From Symbiobacteriaceae bacterium (lineage in GTDB: Bacteria; Bacillota; Sulfobacillia; Symbiobacteriales; Symbiobacteriaceae): a DNA stretch of 64,000 nt. Location of the stretch: assembly GCA_050789255.1 (NCBI GenBank), contig JBOZRQ010000035.1, positions 282-64,281 of the forward strand, given 5' to 3'. The notes below the pieces were generated by a model. That model was not told the origin of the DNA. It searched no databases and saw only the letters and a list, made by a program, of their open reading frames with translations. Made by a program: the position numbers and the translations under genes. This document shows positions 54,052 to 62,207 of this stretch, in pieces; within the stretch, counting starts at the first letter, position 1, and every line of letters starts with the position of its first letter.

Positions 54052-54612
54052 ATGCGCACATGGTGGCGACAACTCGCCCCCTACCTGGTCCTCCTGAGCG
54101 TGGTGGGGAATCTGTACCTCGGCGCCCAGACCTACAACCGGGACAAAGAGATCAACCTGGTCACCTGGGGCAACTCGGTGGATGACGTATGGAAGTACTT
54201 CCACTGGCTCAGCATGGACCTGATGCCCCAGCCTGACGGCCGGGTGTCCACGACGGCGCCGCAGGGGCTCACCCTGGCCCGGGAGAGCCTGGATTCTCTC
54301 CGCTCCCTCCCCTACTTCAACCGGCGGGTGGAAAACGATGACCTGCGCACCCTGGAGCAGTTCCTGCGCTATGCGAGCGAGTCCTATGCGGTGGCGGTCA
54401 AGGAGCAGGGTGAGAAGGGCACGGTGAGCGCCGAATCCGTCCAGCGCCTCACCAAGCTGAAGGAAGGGCTGGTCCTGGTCGTCCGTCATCAACAGACGAC
54501 GAACCAGCTCAAGAGCAGCAGCAACCCCTGGAACCACGCCCAATGGCGGTCGATGTGGCACAACCTGGCGACCGGCTTGCAAGCCATTGACTTCGTGCCG
54601 CTGCCCCAGTAA
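54052..54612 (+). CDS. hypothetical membrane-anchored protein (186 aa)
   Basis: It starts 1 nt after the anti-sigma stop, has the N-terminal TM LAPYLVLLSVVGNLYLGA and lies in the same operon. Confidence 0.55.
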   Translation: MRTWWRQLAPYLVLLSVVGNLYLGAQTYNRDKEINLVTWGNSVDDVWKYFHWLSMDLMPQPDGRVSTTAPQGLTLARESLDSLRSLPYFNRRVENDDLRTLEQFLRYASESYAVAVKEQGEKGTVSAESVQRLTKLKEGLVLVVRHQQTTNQLKSSSNPWNHAQWRSMWHNLATGLQAIDFVPLPQ

Positions 54613-54665
54613 ATCCATCTCGCCATGCCCTGCTCCGGGTCGGGGGTGAAGCGCAGATGACAAAA

Positions 54666-54709
54666 GGCGGGGGAACCAACGTTCCCCCGCCTGCGTTTGT
54701 GCGTTTGTT
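54666..54709. terminator. bidirectional intrinsic terminator
   Basis: GGCGGGGGAAC (54666-54676) pairs with GTTCCCCCGCC (54681-54691). ACAAAA lies upstream and TGCGTTTGTGCGTTTGTT downstream. It serves convergent units. Confidence 0.75.
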
Positions 54710-54712
54710 CAG

Positions 54713-54955
54713 TTACGACCAGATCGGGGGCCAGGCCTCGTCGCCGTCCTGGTCGGTGGTGAGCAGCCGCCAGGTGGACCAGACGCAGAAGATGCCCGTG
54801 GCAGCGCTGACGACCGATGCGTACAGCTGCAGTGAAGGCGCCTCCGCCTGATGGTAGATGACCGAGGTGACGAACCGGGTAACCGCCTGGAGCAGGGCAT
54901 ACACCACAATTCCCCGCCACTTTACCTGTGCCCGAGCCCAAATGTCGTTAAGCAC
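54713..54955 (-). CDS. hypothetical small two-TM protein (80 aa)
   Basis: GTG start with a GGGGAGGG SD 7 nt upstream, and a terminator directly after the stop. Two hydrophobic helices. Confidence 0.45.
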   Translation of the reverse strand: MLNDIWARAQVKWRGIVVYALLQAVTRFVTSVIYHQAEAPSLQLYASVVSAATGIFCVWSTWRLLTTDQDGDEAWPPIWS

Positions 54956-55077
54956 CCAGACGCCCTCCCCACTCGAATTACCGTAGGTCTACGGTCCTAT
55001 AGTCCCATGGGCGGCGCTGGAACACAAGTCCCAAATCTGTTACGTTGGAAGCACAAAACGGCAGAAAGGGAGCAGCC

Positions 55078-55923
55078 ATGAACATCCTCCAGCAGATTGA
55101 GGACCTGACCGCCGGGTTCAGCGGCACGTTCGGCCTGTGGGCCCGGAGCCTGGACACCGGCGAGACTATAGCGCTCCGTGAGCACGAGTCCTTCCATCCC
55201 GCGTCGACAATCAAGGTTGCCATCCTCTACGAGCTGTTCCGGCAGGCCCTTGCCGGCAAGGTGGAACTCGGCGCCCCCCTGACCGTCCGGCCGGAGGACC
55301 AGATCGGCGGCGCCGGGGTGCTGAAGGACCTGGATCCGGGCTTTGATCTCAGCGTCCTGAACCTGGCCACCCTCATGATCGTCATCAGCGACAACACCGC
55401 CACCAACATGATCATCGACCTGGTGGGCCGGGAGAACGTCAATGCCAGCATGGCGGAGCTGGGCCTGACCGGCATCCACCTTCACAACAAGATGATGCTG
55501 CCAAAGCCCGGCGGCCCTTATAACCAGGGCACCCCAGCCGACCTGGGACGCCTGATGGAGCTGATCGCCCGGCGGCAGGTGCTCACCCCCGACGCCTGCG
55601 ACCAGATCCTGGGCATCATGAAGAAGCAGCACTTCAAGGACCATATCACACGCGCCCTGCCCGAGGCCGACGCTTATCCCACCGATCCCGCCCAGTTGCC
55701 CTTCACCGTGGCCAGCAAGTCAGGCGAGGTGACGGGCGCCCGCAATGAAGTAGCGGCCGTCTGGGCAGACGGCCGCGGTTACGTGATTTGCATGATGTCG
55801 AAGGGGTGCGCGGACTCCCGCTACTACCCGGACAACGAGGGGAGCCTGCTGCTCCCGCAGGTGGCCAGGGCGGTACACCGGCATTTTATCCCAGCCGGGC
55901 CTGCGCTTCCGGGTGCTCAGTAA
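55078..55923 (+). CDS. class A beta-lactamase-like serine hydrolase
   Basis: Track ORF trimmed to the ATG at 55078, with an AAGGGAG SD. The motifs SxxK (STIK), SDN (ISDNTATN) and KSG (SKSGEV) occur in the right order and spacing. Confidence 0.8.
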   Translation: MNILQQIEDLTAGFSGTFGLWARSLDTGETIALREHESFHPASTIKVAILYELFRQALAGKVELGAPLTVRPEDQIGGAGVLKDLDPGFDLSVLNLATLMIVISDNTATNMIIDLVGRENVNASMAELGLTGIHLHNKMMLPKPGGPYNQGTPADLGRLMELIARRQVLTPDACDQILGIMKKQHFKDHITRALPEADAYPTDPAQLPFTVASKSGEVTGARNEVAAVWADGRGYVICMMSKGCADSRYYPDNEGSLLLPQVARAVHRHFIPAGPALPGAQ

Positions 55924-55926
55924 TCT

Positions 55927-57420
55927 CTAGGCTCCGAGCTCTTTTAAGGCTTGTTCAGCCTCGAAGTCGTACCCGCTGCCCGGGAACTTCGACAGCAGGT
56001 CACGGTACAACTGGGCCGCTTTGGCTCGGTCCCCTGCGGCAGCCGCCGCCCGGGCGCCGAAGTACAGGGCGTCATCCCGGTAGTCCGACTGGGGGAAGTC
56101 GCCCACCAGCCGCTCGTACCACTTGACGGCCTCGGCTGGCTTGCCGGCCAGGTCGGCGGAGCGGGCAGCCAGGTAGGCGGCGTCGTCGGCCACATAGACG
56201 TTGGTCTCCAGCTTCAGCGAGGCGTCGAAGGCGGTCAGCGCCCGGTCGTAGTCGTCGGCCATGAAGGCCACGTAGCCCTCGAAGTACCGGTCAATCGCGG
56301 CCTTGAGCCGGTTCTGGTCCATGGACTGCTCGATCCACGCCGGCAGGGTCACACCCAGGCGCCGCGCCTCTGCGAGCGCCGCCAGGAGCGCTTCGGTATC
56401 GGTGGCTCGCCCGGTGGTGCCGGCCAACTGGAGCACCTTGAGGGCGCCCGCCTCCCGGGCGGCGGCCTGCTTCAGGTCGGCTTCGGCCTTGGCCAGCGCC
56501 TCCTTCGCCTTGGCGACCGCGCTTTCGGACTGCACCAGGGAGGCCCTGGTCTCCTCCAGCTGCCGCTTGGCCTGGGTGACCTCCTCCTGGGCCTGCTGGG
56601 CGGCAGTGCGGGCGCCGCCAGCCGACCTGCTCTGGTAGACGGCCACGCTCGCCGCCGCAACGGTCACGATGCTGAGCAGGGCCACCAGCAGGCGCGAGTC
56701 GAGGCCCGGCTTGGGCTGTGCGGCAGGCGCGGCCCCAGGCGCCTGGGCTGCGGCGGCGACCGCCTGGCGCACCTCCACGGCCTTGCTCTCGATCAGGGTG
56801 ACCAGGCAGGTCTGAAGGCCAGGGACGCTGGGATCGAGCTCCATGGCGCGCTGCCAGGCTTCCTCCGCCTCGGCGGCCATGCCCAGGGCCCAGGCCGCGA
56901 TCCCCTTGACCACGAAGGCCAGCGCCAGTCGGCTTCCGGGGCCGGTGGCGGCGGCGAGGGCGTTTAGCGCCTCCCCCCAGCGGTTGTCGTGGGCGAAGCC
57001 CAGGGCCTCGTTGTAAGCCTTCAGTACAGCCAGGTCTGCGTTGGTCTCAGGGCTGGTGCGGACCTCCACGGCCCAGTCGGCGTGGAGGCCGGCCTCGCCG
57101 GCCTGTGACCAGGCGGCCAGGGCCTCGGCCACCCGCCCGGCCTTGTGGTAGACCAGGCCCAGCAGCCCGAGCACCCCGGGGTCCGGACCAGCCAGCTCCA
57201 GGGCGCGCTCAAGCGACTCGGCCGCCTCGCTCCAGAAGCCGCCGAGGGCGGCGGCCAAGCCGTCGTTGTACAGGGTAACCCCGGTGCGGCGGCTGGCCAG
57301 CAGCACGGGGGAGATCTCAGCGTGGCAGTGAGGGCAGGGGCTGGCAAGCTGCGGCCCGGCGGCCCCGCACGACCAGCATCCCCAGGCCGCACCTGCGGCG
57401 GGGCTGGGAACCATACACAT
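55927..57420 (-). CDS. membrane protein with N-terminal zinc ribbon, cytoplasmic TPRs, a single TM, a coiled coil and C-terminal YbgF/CpoB-like TPRs
   Basis: 497 aa with CWSC...CPHC at the N-terminus, the TM LLVALLSIVTVAAASVAVY, an Ala/Glu/Lys coiled coil and a C-terminal KWYERLVGDFPQSDYRDDALYF...LYRDLLSKFPGSGY. Confidence 0.7.
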   Translation of the reverse strand: MCMVPSPAAGAAWGCWSCGAAGPQLASPCPHCHAEISPVLLASRRTGVTLYNDGLAAALGGFWSEAAESLERALELAGPDPGVLGLLGLVYHKAGRVAEALAAWSQAGEAGLHADWAVEVRTSPETNADLAVLKAYNEALGFAHDNRWGEALNALAAATGPGSRLALAFVVKGIAAWALGMAAEAEEAWQRAMELDPSVPGLQTCLVTLIESKAVEVRQAVAAAAQAPGAAPAAQPKPGLDSRLLVALLSIVTVAAASVAVYQSRSAGGARTAAQQAQEEVTQAKRQLEETRASLVQSESAVAKAKEALAKAEADLKQAAAREAGALKVLQLAGTTGRATDTEALLAALAEARRLGVTLPAWIEQSMDQNRLKAAIDRYFEGYVAFMADDYDRALTAFDASLKLETNVYVADDAAYLAARSADLAGKPAEAVKWYERLVGDFPQSDYRDDALYFGARAAAAAGDRAKAAQLYRDLLSKFPGSGYDFEAEQALKELGA

Positions 57421-57446
57421 TCCTCCCGGTGGACCCTGTGATTCGG

Positions 57447-58046
57447 TCAGCGCACGGTCACGACCTGAGCCCGGCGGAGCAGGGCGCCACTCCAGCGGAA
57501 TCCCCGCTGGTAGACGGCCGCGACGGTGCCGGACGACAGGCCGGCATATGCCGGTTCATCGCCGCTGACGGTGTTGACCTCGTCGTGGACCTCGGGGTCG
57601 AAGGCGCTGCCCTCGCCCGGCAGGTGCTCCAGGCCCATCTGCTCCAGCAGGTTGGTCACCGTGGCCTTGAAGCCGTCGAACTGCTCCTTCCACTCGGGCT
57701 GTCCGAGCAGCACCACCGCATCGTAGGCCAGGTCGAAGGTGTCGACCACGGGCAGGAAGGACAGGATCAGGCTCTGCTCGGATTCGGTGGTGGGGCGCCC
57801 CTGCTGCTGGGCAGCCATGAGGGCAGCAGACATCTCTTCGGCCTTGGCGACCAGCGCCTTCAGGTCGGCGGCGGAGCGGAACTGTGCCATGCCCATCTTG
57901 CTGAGGGCCTGTGAAAGCTCCTCCCACCAGGCGGCGTGAAGGCCCAGGGCGGGCACTTCCGCCTCGCTCACGGGGAGCGGCTGGAACTTGCGCATCTCAC
58001 GGGCTGCGTCGAACAGCTGGCTCATCCCCTTCGTCGGATCAATCAT
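57447..58046 (-). CDS. GrpE-domain protein (orphan; no dnaK or dnaJ nearby)
   Basis: The C-terminal half follows the GrpE pattern: LSFLPVVDTFDLAY..., LLEQMGLEHLPGEGSAFDPEVHDEV...TVAAVYQRGFRWSGALLRRAQVVTV. Confidence 0.65.
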   Translation of the reverse strand: MIDPTKGMSQLFDAAREMRKFQPLPVSEAEVPALGLHAAWWEELSQALSKMGMAQFRSAADLKALVAKAEEMSAALMAAQQQGRPTTESEQSLILSFLPVVDTFDLAYDAVVLLGQPEWKEQFDGFKATVTNLLEQMGLEHLPGEGSAFDPEVHDEVNTVSGDEPAYAGLSSGTVAAVYQRGFRWSGALLRRAQVVTVR

Positions 58047-58092
58047 CGCCTTTATTTCCTTAGGTAACCGTATTTATCCTTCACATCTGCTG

Positions 58093-58134
58093 CAAACGAA
58101 CCAAGGCGGCCCTCCCGCTTAGCGGGGGCCGCCT
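58093..58134 (-). terminator. terminator-like hairpin
   Basis: AGGCGGCCCTCCCGC pairs with GCGGGGGCCGCCT (one bulge, 58104-58134). On the minus strand it is followed by TGGTTCGTTTGC. Confidence 0.45.
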
Positions 58135-58155
58135 GCTCAGTAGCATCTGTTATGG

Positions 58156-58497
58156 TTAGAAACGCAGGTGCAGGTCTTCCCGGACGACCACGGGCTCCAA
58201 CTCGCCGTATGTGGGATAGGTCCCGGTCCGCATCACCCGGCCGTCGATCACGGTAACGGGAAGCACTGCAGGGCCGCGCTCGCGCAGCAGGGCGGCGACC
58301 CGAGGGAAGTCGCGGTACGCCTTATGGTCCTCGCCCAGGTAGTGACGGCGCACGCGCACAGCCTCGCCGTACTCACGGTAGACCCGGCGGATCTCATCTT
58401 CCAAAATCATCACGGCAGGATCGGGACACGGGTCGTCCATGACCCCCATGTCGGCCGGCTCTGCGTCGAAGATATCGATTTCCATAAGGACTGGCAT
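58156..58497 (-). CDS. ArsD-like thioredoxin-fold protein lacking the ArsD cysteine triad
   Basis: Track ORF trimmed to the ATG at 58497, with a GGAGG SD 8 nt upstream. It aligns by eye with ArsD (IDIFD.., ...VLPVTVIDGRVMRTGTYPTYGEL against LPLLLLDGETVMAGRYPKRAEL), but the Cys12/13/18 positions are not Cys. Confidence 0.4.
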   Translation of the reverse strand: MPVLMEIDIFDAEPADMGVMDDPCPDPAVMILEDEIRRVYREYGEAVRVRRHYLGEDHKAYRDFPRVAALLRERGPAVLPVTVIDGRVMRTGTYPTYGELEPVVVREDLHLRF

Positions 58498-58657
58498 CCA
58501 GGACACCTCCGGGTAAAGCATCGCACAGAGGGCCGTAGACTCGCCATCCTCAGGAGGTACTGAAGTGACCACCGGATCGGGTGGGGCGTTTGTATAGACT
58601 TGGGAACCATCAAAACACCGCACACGTCACATCTTCGTACGACGCAATGGGGGTTGG

Positions 58658-59251
58658 TTGAGCGTGACTTTTGCCTGGAGTGACCCGACATACCTGAGCG
58701 AGGGCACCGCCCGGCAACGCCAGGCCCATGCCGCTTTGGCAAAGCTCAACCTGGCCGAGGTCCTGAGGCCCTTCTCCCCGGTCCTCTGCGGGACGATTCC
58801 CCTTGGGATCGACATCCCGGAGAGCGACCTGGATGTGATCTGCGAGGCCCGGGACCTGGGCGCCTTCGAGCGCGCCGTGACCGGGGCGTTCTGCGCGCGG
58901 GAGGGCTTTACGGTGAGGCGCACGGAGAAGCAGGGGCACGCGACGGTGATCTGCAACTTCCGGGCCGAGGGCTTCGAGTTTGAGCTCTTCGCACAGCCCC
59001 GGCCGGTGACCGAGCAGAACGCTTACCGCCACATGGTGGTCGAGGCCCGCCTGCTGGCCGCCGCCGGCCCCGTGGCAGCCGAGGCAATCCGGCGCCTCAA
59101 AGCGCAGGGCATGAGGACTGAACCAGCCTTCGCCGCCTACTTCGGCCTCGACGGCGACCCCTACGAGCGACTCCTGGCTCTCTTTCCGGGAGAAGAGAAA
59201 TATGGCCGCGGATGCGCGGACTGCGCAGATTTCCGATCCAATCGCGGATGA
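58658..59251 (+). CDS. DUF4269-like / nucleotidyltransferase-fold protein with an element-derived C-terminus
   Basis: 197 aa with the NTase-like motif CGTIPLGIDIPESDLDVIC. From codon 182 (59201) the ORF is encoded by the left TIR of element B (YGRGCADCADFRSNRG*). Confidence 0.55.
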   Translation: MSVTFAWSDPTYLSEGTARQRQAHAALAKLNLAEVLRPFSPVLCGTIPLGIDIPESDLDVICEARDLGAFERAVTGAFCAREGFTVRRTEKQGHATVICNFRAEGFEFELFAQPRPVTEQNAYRHMVVEARLLAAAGPVAAEAIRRLKAQGMRTEPAFAAYFGLDGDPYERLLALFPGEEKYGRGCADCADFRSNRG

Positions 59252-59300
59252 TCTAGAGAGTTGTCATTGGGACAATCCGAAAAACACTAAAAATATGTAT

Positions 59301-59342
59301 GGGGCCGTCCCAAAAGCAGATTGATCTGCATTGGACGGCCCC
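59301..59342. repeat. long imperfect hairpin inside element B (GGGGCCGTCC...GGACGGCCCC with nested GCAGAT/ATCTGC)
   Basis: Read directly. On the minus strand it is followed by ATACATATTTTTAGTGTTTTT, which is terminator-like. It starts with the same 14-mer GGGGCCGTCCCAAA as the second hairpin. Confidence 0.5.
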
Positions 59343-59564
59343 TTCTAAGTGCCAATAGCCGGGATGCAAGCCCACGCTGACCTGGACCCACCTGGCGGTC
59401 GACAGCAATGCACCGTCCACAATGTTTTCGAGACTGTCGAGCGAAGCCTGAAACCCGCAATCCTTCGGCGCGCACGTAGTTCTCCGAAACAAACTGGACA
59501 GGATTTGTGCCCCTTCTCGGTTCAAGCGCACTCCCAAATAGTTTCGGAGCGCATAAGCGGGACC

Positions 59565-59605
59565 GGGGCCGTCCCAAATCAGCGACATTGACTTTTGGGA
59601 CGGCC
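59565..59605. repeat. second hairpin inside element B (GGCCGTCCCAAA / TTTGGGACGGCC, 12-bp stem)
   Basis: Read directly. It abuts the right TIR and shares the 14-mer GGGGCCGTCCCAAA with 59301-59314. Confidence 0.5.
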
Positions 59606-59663
59606 TCATCCGCGTGTATGCTGGAAATCAGCGTCATCAGCGCATCCGCGGCGGTAGAATGTG

Positions 59664-60977
59664 TCAGTCCGCCATGGTCACCCCGGCGGCCATGCGGTCG
59701 AGGTACTCCTTGTCCTCCACCCGCAGCAGGGATGGGTTGAAGAGCTGGGCCGCGCACACCAGGGCGATCAGGGCGCCCAACGCAGCCACTGCGTAGCCCG
59801 GGTGGAAGAGCCCGCCGAGCACGCCGGCCAGCATGGTGCTGATGGGCGCCGAGCCGGTGGCGAGCACCCGCCGCACCGAGAAGACCCGGCCCTGGAGCTC
59901 CTTGGGGACCAGCCCCTGCCAGATCGCCTGGCCGTGGGCGGTGACCAGCGGGACCGTGGCCATGAGGAAGAAGCGCGCTGCCACCACCAGGTAGAAGTCA
60001 GACGCGAGGCCGAGCAGGACCATCGCGAATCCGCCGAACAGGAAGGGGAAAATCACCCCGTAGATGCGCTTGCGCTTCAGCCCGCCCCAGGAGCTGATCA
60101 CCACCCCGCCGAGGACGGCGCCCAGGCTGCCGACCGTGTTGACCATCGCCAGGGAGGCCTCGAAGGTAAAGCCCCGGGCGGCCCAACTGTCGGCGAGGGA
60201 GAACTTGAGCAGCAGGGGCGTGAAGACGGGCAGGGAAGACAGGCCCAGGTTGACCACAAAGGGCAGGGTCATCAGCCACAGCAGCGGCCGGCGCCTAAGC
60301 AGGTAGGCGGCGCCCTCCTTCACATCGGCCAGCATCGACTTCCGGGCCGAATTACGGCGGGGCGACGGAATCTCAAGGAAGAGAAGGGCCACCGCCGAGA
60401 CGAAGAATGTCACCGCGTCGATCGCCAGGGTGAGGGGCAGGCCCTCCGAGGGTCCTACCGCCACTAGCCCAGCAGCGGCGGCGGGCGCCACCACCTGGGA
60501 GATCGAGAGCACGGTCTGCATCATCCCGTTGGCCCGCGGGATCTGGCTCTGGGGCAGGAGCATGGCGTACGAGGTCTCCATGGCGCTCTGGTGGAAGTTG
60601 CCGGCGATCGACTGCATCAGCATGATCAACAGCAGCACGGGGAAGCTGAGGCGCCCGGTGTACATCAGGAAAACCAGTAGCGTGGTGAGCACGCCCAGAA
60701 CCAGATCGGACACCAGCATGATGCGCCGCCGGTCGTGCCGGTCGGCCCAGGCGCCGGCAATGGGGCCGGTGAGAACCATGGGCAGCAGGAAGACCAGGCC
60801 GACCGCAGACAGGGCAAGGGCCAACTGCTGGCGCTGCTCAGGCGCCGGATAGGCCACCTGCGTCAGCCAGATATTGATCGCAAAGTACGAAATGCCGCTG
60901 CCGAAGACGGACAGCCCCTGCGTGCCCAGCAGCGCCAGGAAGGTGCGGAATCCGTGTTTCGGTGGCTCGTAAGTCAT
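59664..60977 (-). CDS. MFS transporter
   Basis: 437 aa with about 12 TM helices and the typical MFS loop GAWADRHDRRRIM. Confidence 0.85.
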   Translation of the reverse strand: MTYEPPKHGFRTFLALLGTQGLSVFGSGISYFAINIWLTQVAYPAPEQRQQLALALSAVGLVFLLPMVLTGPIAGAWADRHDRRRIMLVSDLVLGVLTTLLVFLMYTGRLSFPVLLLIMLMQSIAGNFHQSAMETSYAMLLPQSQIPRANGMMQTVLSISQVVAPAAAAGLVAVGPSEGLPLTLAIDAVTFFVSAVALLFLEIPSPRRNSARKSMLADVKEGAAYLLRRRPLLWLMTLPFVVNLGLSSLPVFTPLLLKFSLADSWAARGFTFEASLAMVNTVGSLGAVLGGVVISSWGGLKRKRIYGVIFPFLFGGFAMVLLGLASDFYLVVAARFFLMATVPLVTAHGQAIWQGLVPKELQGRVFSVRRVLATGSAPISTMLAGVLGGLFHPGYAVAALGALIALVCAAQLFNPSLLRVEDKEYLDRMAAGVTMAD

Positions 60978-60989
60978 AGGTCTCTCTCC

Positions 60990-61757
60990 TTATTTGGGGC
61001 AGTCCCCCAGATCACGGACAATGACGGCTGGCCCGGTCTGCGGGGCGCAGAGGGCCCGCAGAATGGCCGCCAGGGAGAGCCCCATGCGCATCTCCAGGGC
61101 GTACCCCTCCCGCTGGCGCACCACGACCCCGGCGTCCATGAGCTCCTCCATCACCGTGTGCAGCGCCTCTGGATGCGGGCAGAGCCCCGCCTCCCGGAGG
61201 GCGCTCTCCTTTTTGGGTCCCTGGAGCAGGTGCTGAACGATCTCCCAGTGGACGGGGGCAACCATAGCCCGCAGGGTCTCGAGTACCCCTGCGTCGGGCT
61301 CGGCCTCGATCCCCTCGCCGAAGACCATCCCCGAAAACCGGTCCCGCAGCCACAGGCGCTGGCCGATCAGGCGGCCGCCGTCCCGCACGGAGACGACGCC
61401 GGCCATGGTCTCCGACTGGACATTCCCCTCGTAGCCCATGAAGTGGAGGCGCTGGATGATCTGAGGAATGGCGATCTTCCGGGCGTCCTTCGTCTGCTGG
61501 CTCAGCCGGGCGACCAGCTGGTCCGTGAGGGTCTCCAGGCCCACGCCGCCGTCGATGCCGAGCAGTCCATCGGCCGAGGTGCCCAACAGCTGGCAAATGG
61601 CAGGGAGCAGGCCGATATCGGGCGCCGACTCGCCGTTCTCCCACTTCGACACGGCCTGAGCGCTTACGCCCAGCGCCCCGCCGAGCTGCTCCTGGGTGAA
61701 GCCCTGGGCCTTGCGGCGCTCCTGGATCCGCTTTCCGAACTGCTGCTGGTCTAGCAT
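60990..61757 (-). CDS. XRE-family helix-turn-helix transcriptional regulator with a C-terminal winged-helix-like domain
   Basis: Track ORF trimmed to the ATG at 61757 (MLDQQQFGKRIQERRKAQGFTQEQLGGALGVSAQAVSKWENGESAP), a canonical XRE HTH. Confidence 0.75.
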   Translation of the reverse strand: MLDQQQFGKRIQERRKAQGFTQEQLGGALGVSAQAVSKWENGESAPDIGLLPAICQLLGTSADGLLGIDGGVGLETLTDQLVARLSQQTKDARKIAIPQIIQRLHFMGYEGNVQSETMAGVVSVRDGGRLIGQRLWLRDRFSGMVFGEGIEAEPDAGVLETLRAMVAPVHWEIVQHLLQGPKKESALREAGLCPHPEALHTVMEELMDAGVVVRQREGYALEMRMGLSLAAILRALCAPQTGPAVIVRDLGDCPK

Positions 61758-61907
61758 GGTTGCGTTACCCTCCCGGTTGAGTCTCGCAGGATCAGCATAC
61801 CAAGACCCCACGGGGGATGGTATGGAGCGGTTCATGATCAATTCAACTATTGGTTGAGTCGCTCCAGCGGTCCGCAGGGTACGCTAACGCGGAAAGGGGG
61901 GCTCAAC

Positions 61908-62087
61908 ATGACGGAGAACAAGCGGCTCCATCCGCCGGGAGGTCAGCGTGCAATGGAGGATGCCCGGCCGGACGACGAAGCGGAGTACGTGCAGTACCAG
62001 GACGGCGACGGGGCAACCGGGGCCAATCGGGCCTACGGCAACAGTCCTCGAAACTCGGGCGCCCGGTTCACGGGAGCGAAGCAATAA
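61908..62087 (+). CDS. hypothetical small hydrophilic protein (59 aa)
   Basis: Internal ATG of track ORF 61854..62087 with a GAAAGGGGGG SD 7 nt upstream. Third positions are G/C-rich and an 11-bp hairpin follows the stop. Confidence 0.4.
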   Translation: MTENKRLHPPGGQRAMEDARPDDEAEYVQYQDGDGATGANRAYGNSPRNSGARFTGAKQ

Positions 62088-62091
62088 TGCG

Positions 62092-62119
62092 GGAGGCTGC
62101 CCTGGTCCGGGCAGCCTCC
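62092..62119 (+). terminator. terminator-like hairpin (no clear U-tract)
   Basis: GGAGGCTGCCC (62092-62102) pairs with GGGCAGCCTCC (62109-62119), 5 nt after the stop of the small ORF. Confidence 0.35.
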
Positions 62120-62207
62120 TGCGCTGCTGAGCAGGTGCTGCAGTCCCCCGGCACGAAATTGGATAGAGCTGCAACTATCCAACCTTGAACGGGAGGCTTC
62201 GATACAC

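Larger units (their letters stand above)
59202..59657. mobile_element. 456-bp non-autonomous TIR element (copy B) with structured low-GC cargo
   Basis: The left TIR is 59202-59251 and the right TIR is 59606-59657 (reverse complement), of the same family as 40079-40237. AAT flanks both sides. No transposase-like ORF is present. Confidence 0.6.

Noticed and set aside
58047-58155. CIRCE/HrcA operator upstream of the GrpE-like gene.
   Set aside because: No TTAGCACTC-N9-GAGTGCTAA-like inverted repeat is present. The region holds only a terminator-like hairpin and a weak AT-rich stretch.
59253-59609. 118-aa (minus) and 80-aa (plus, 59349..59591) ORFs inside element B, considered as a possible transposase.
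   Set aside because: They are too short, have no SD, and show no DDE, HUH or serine/tyrosine recombinase motifs that I can see. Their reading frames run through the hairpins. The element is treated as non-autonomous.
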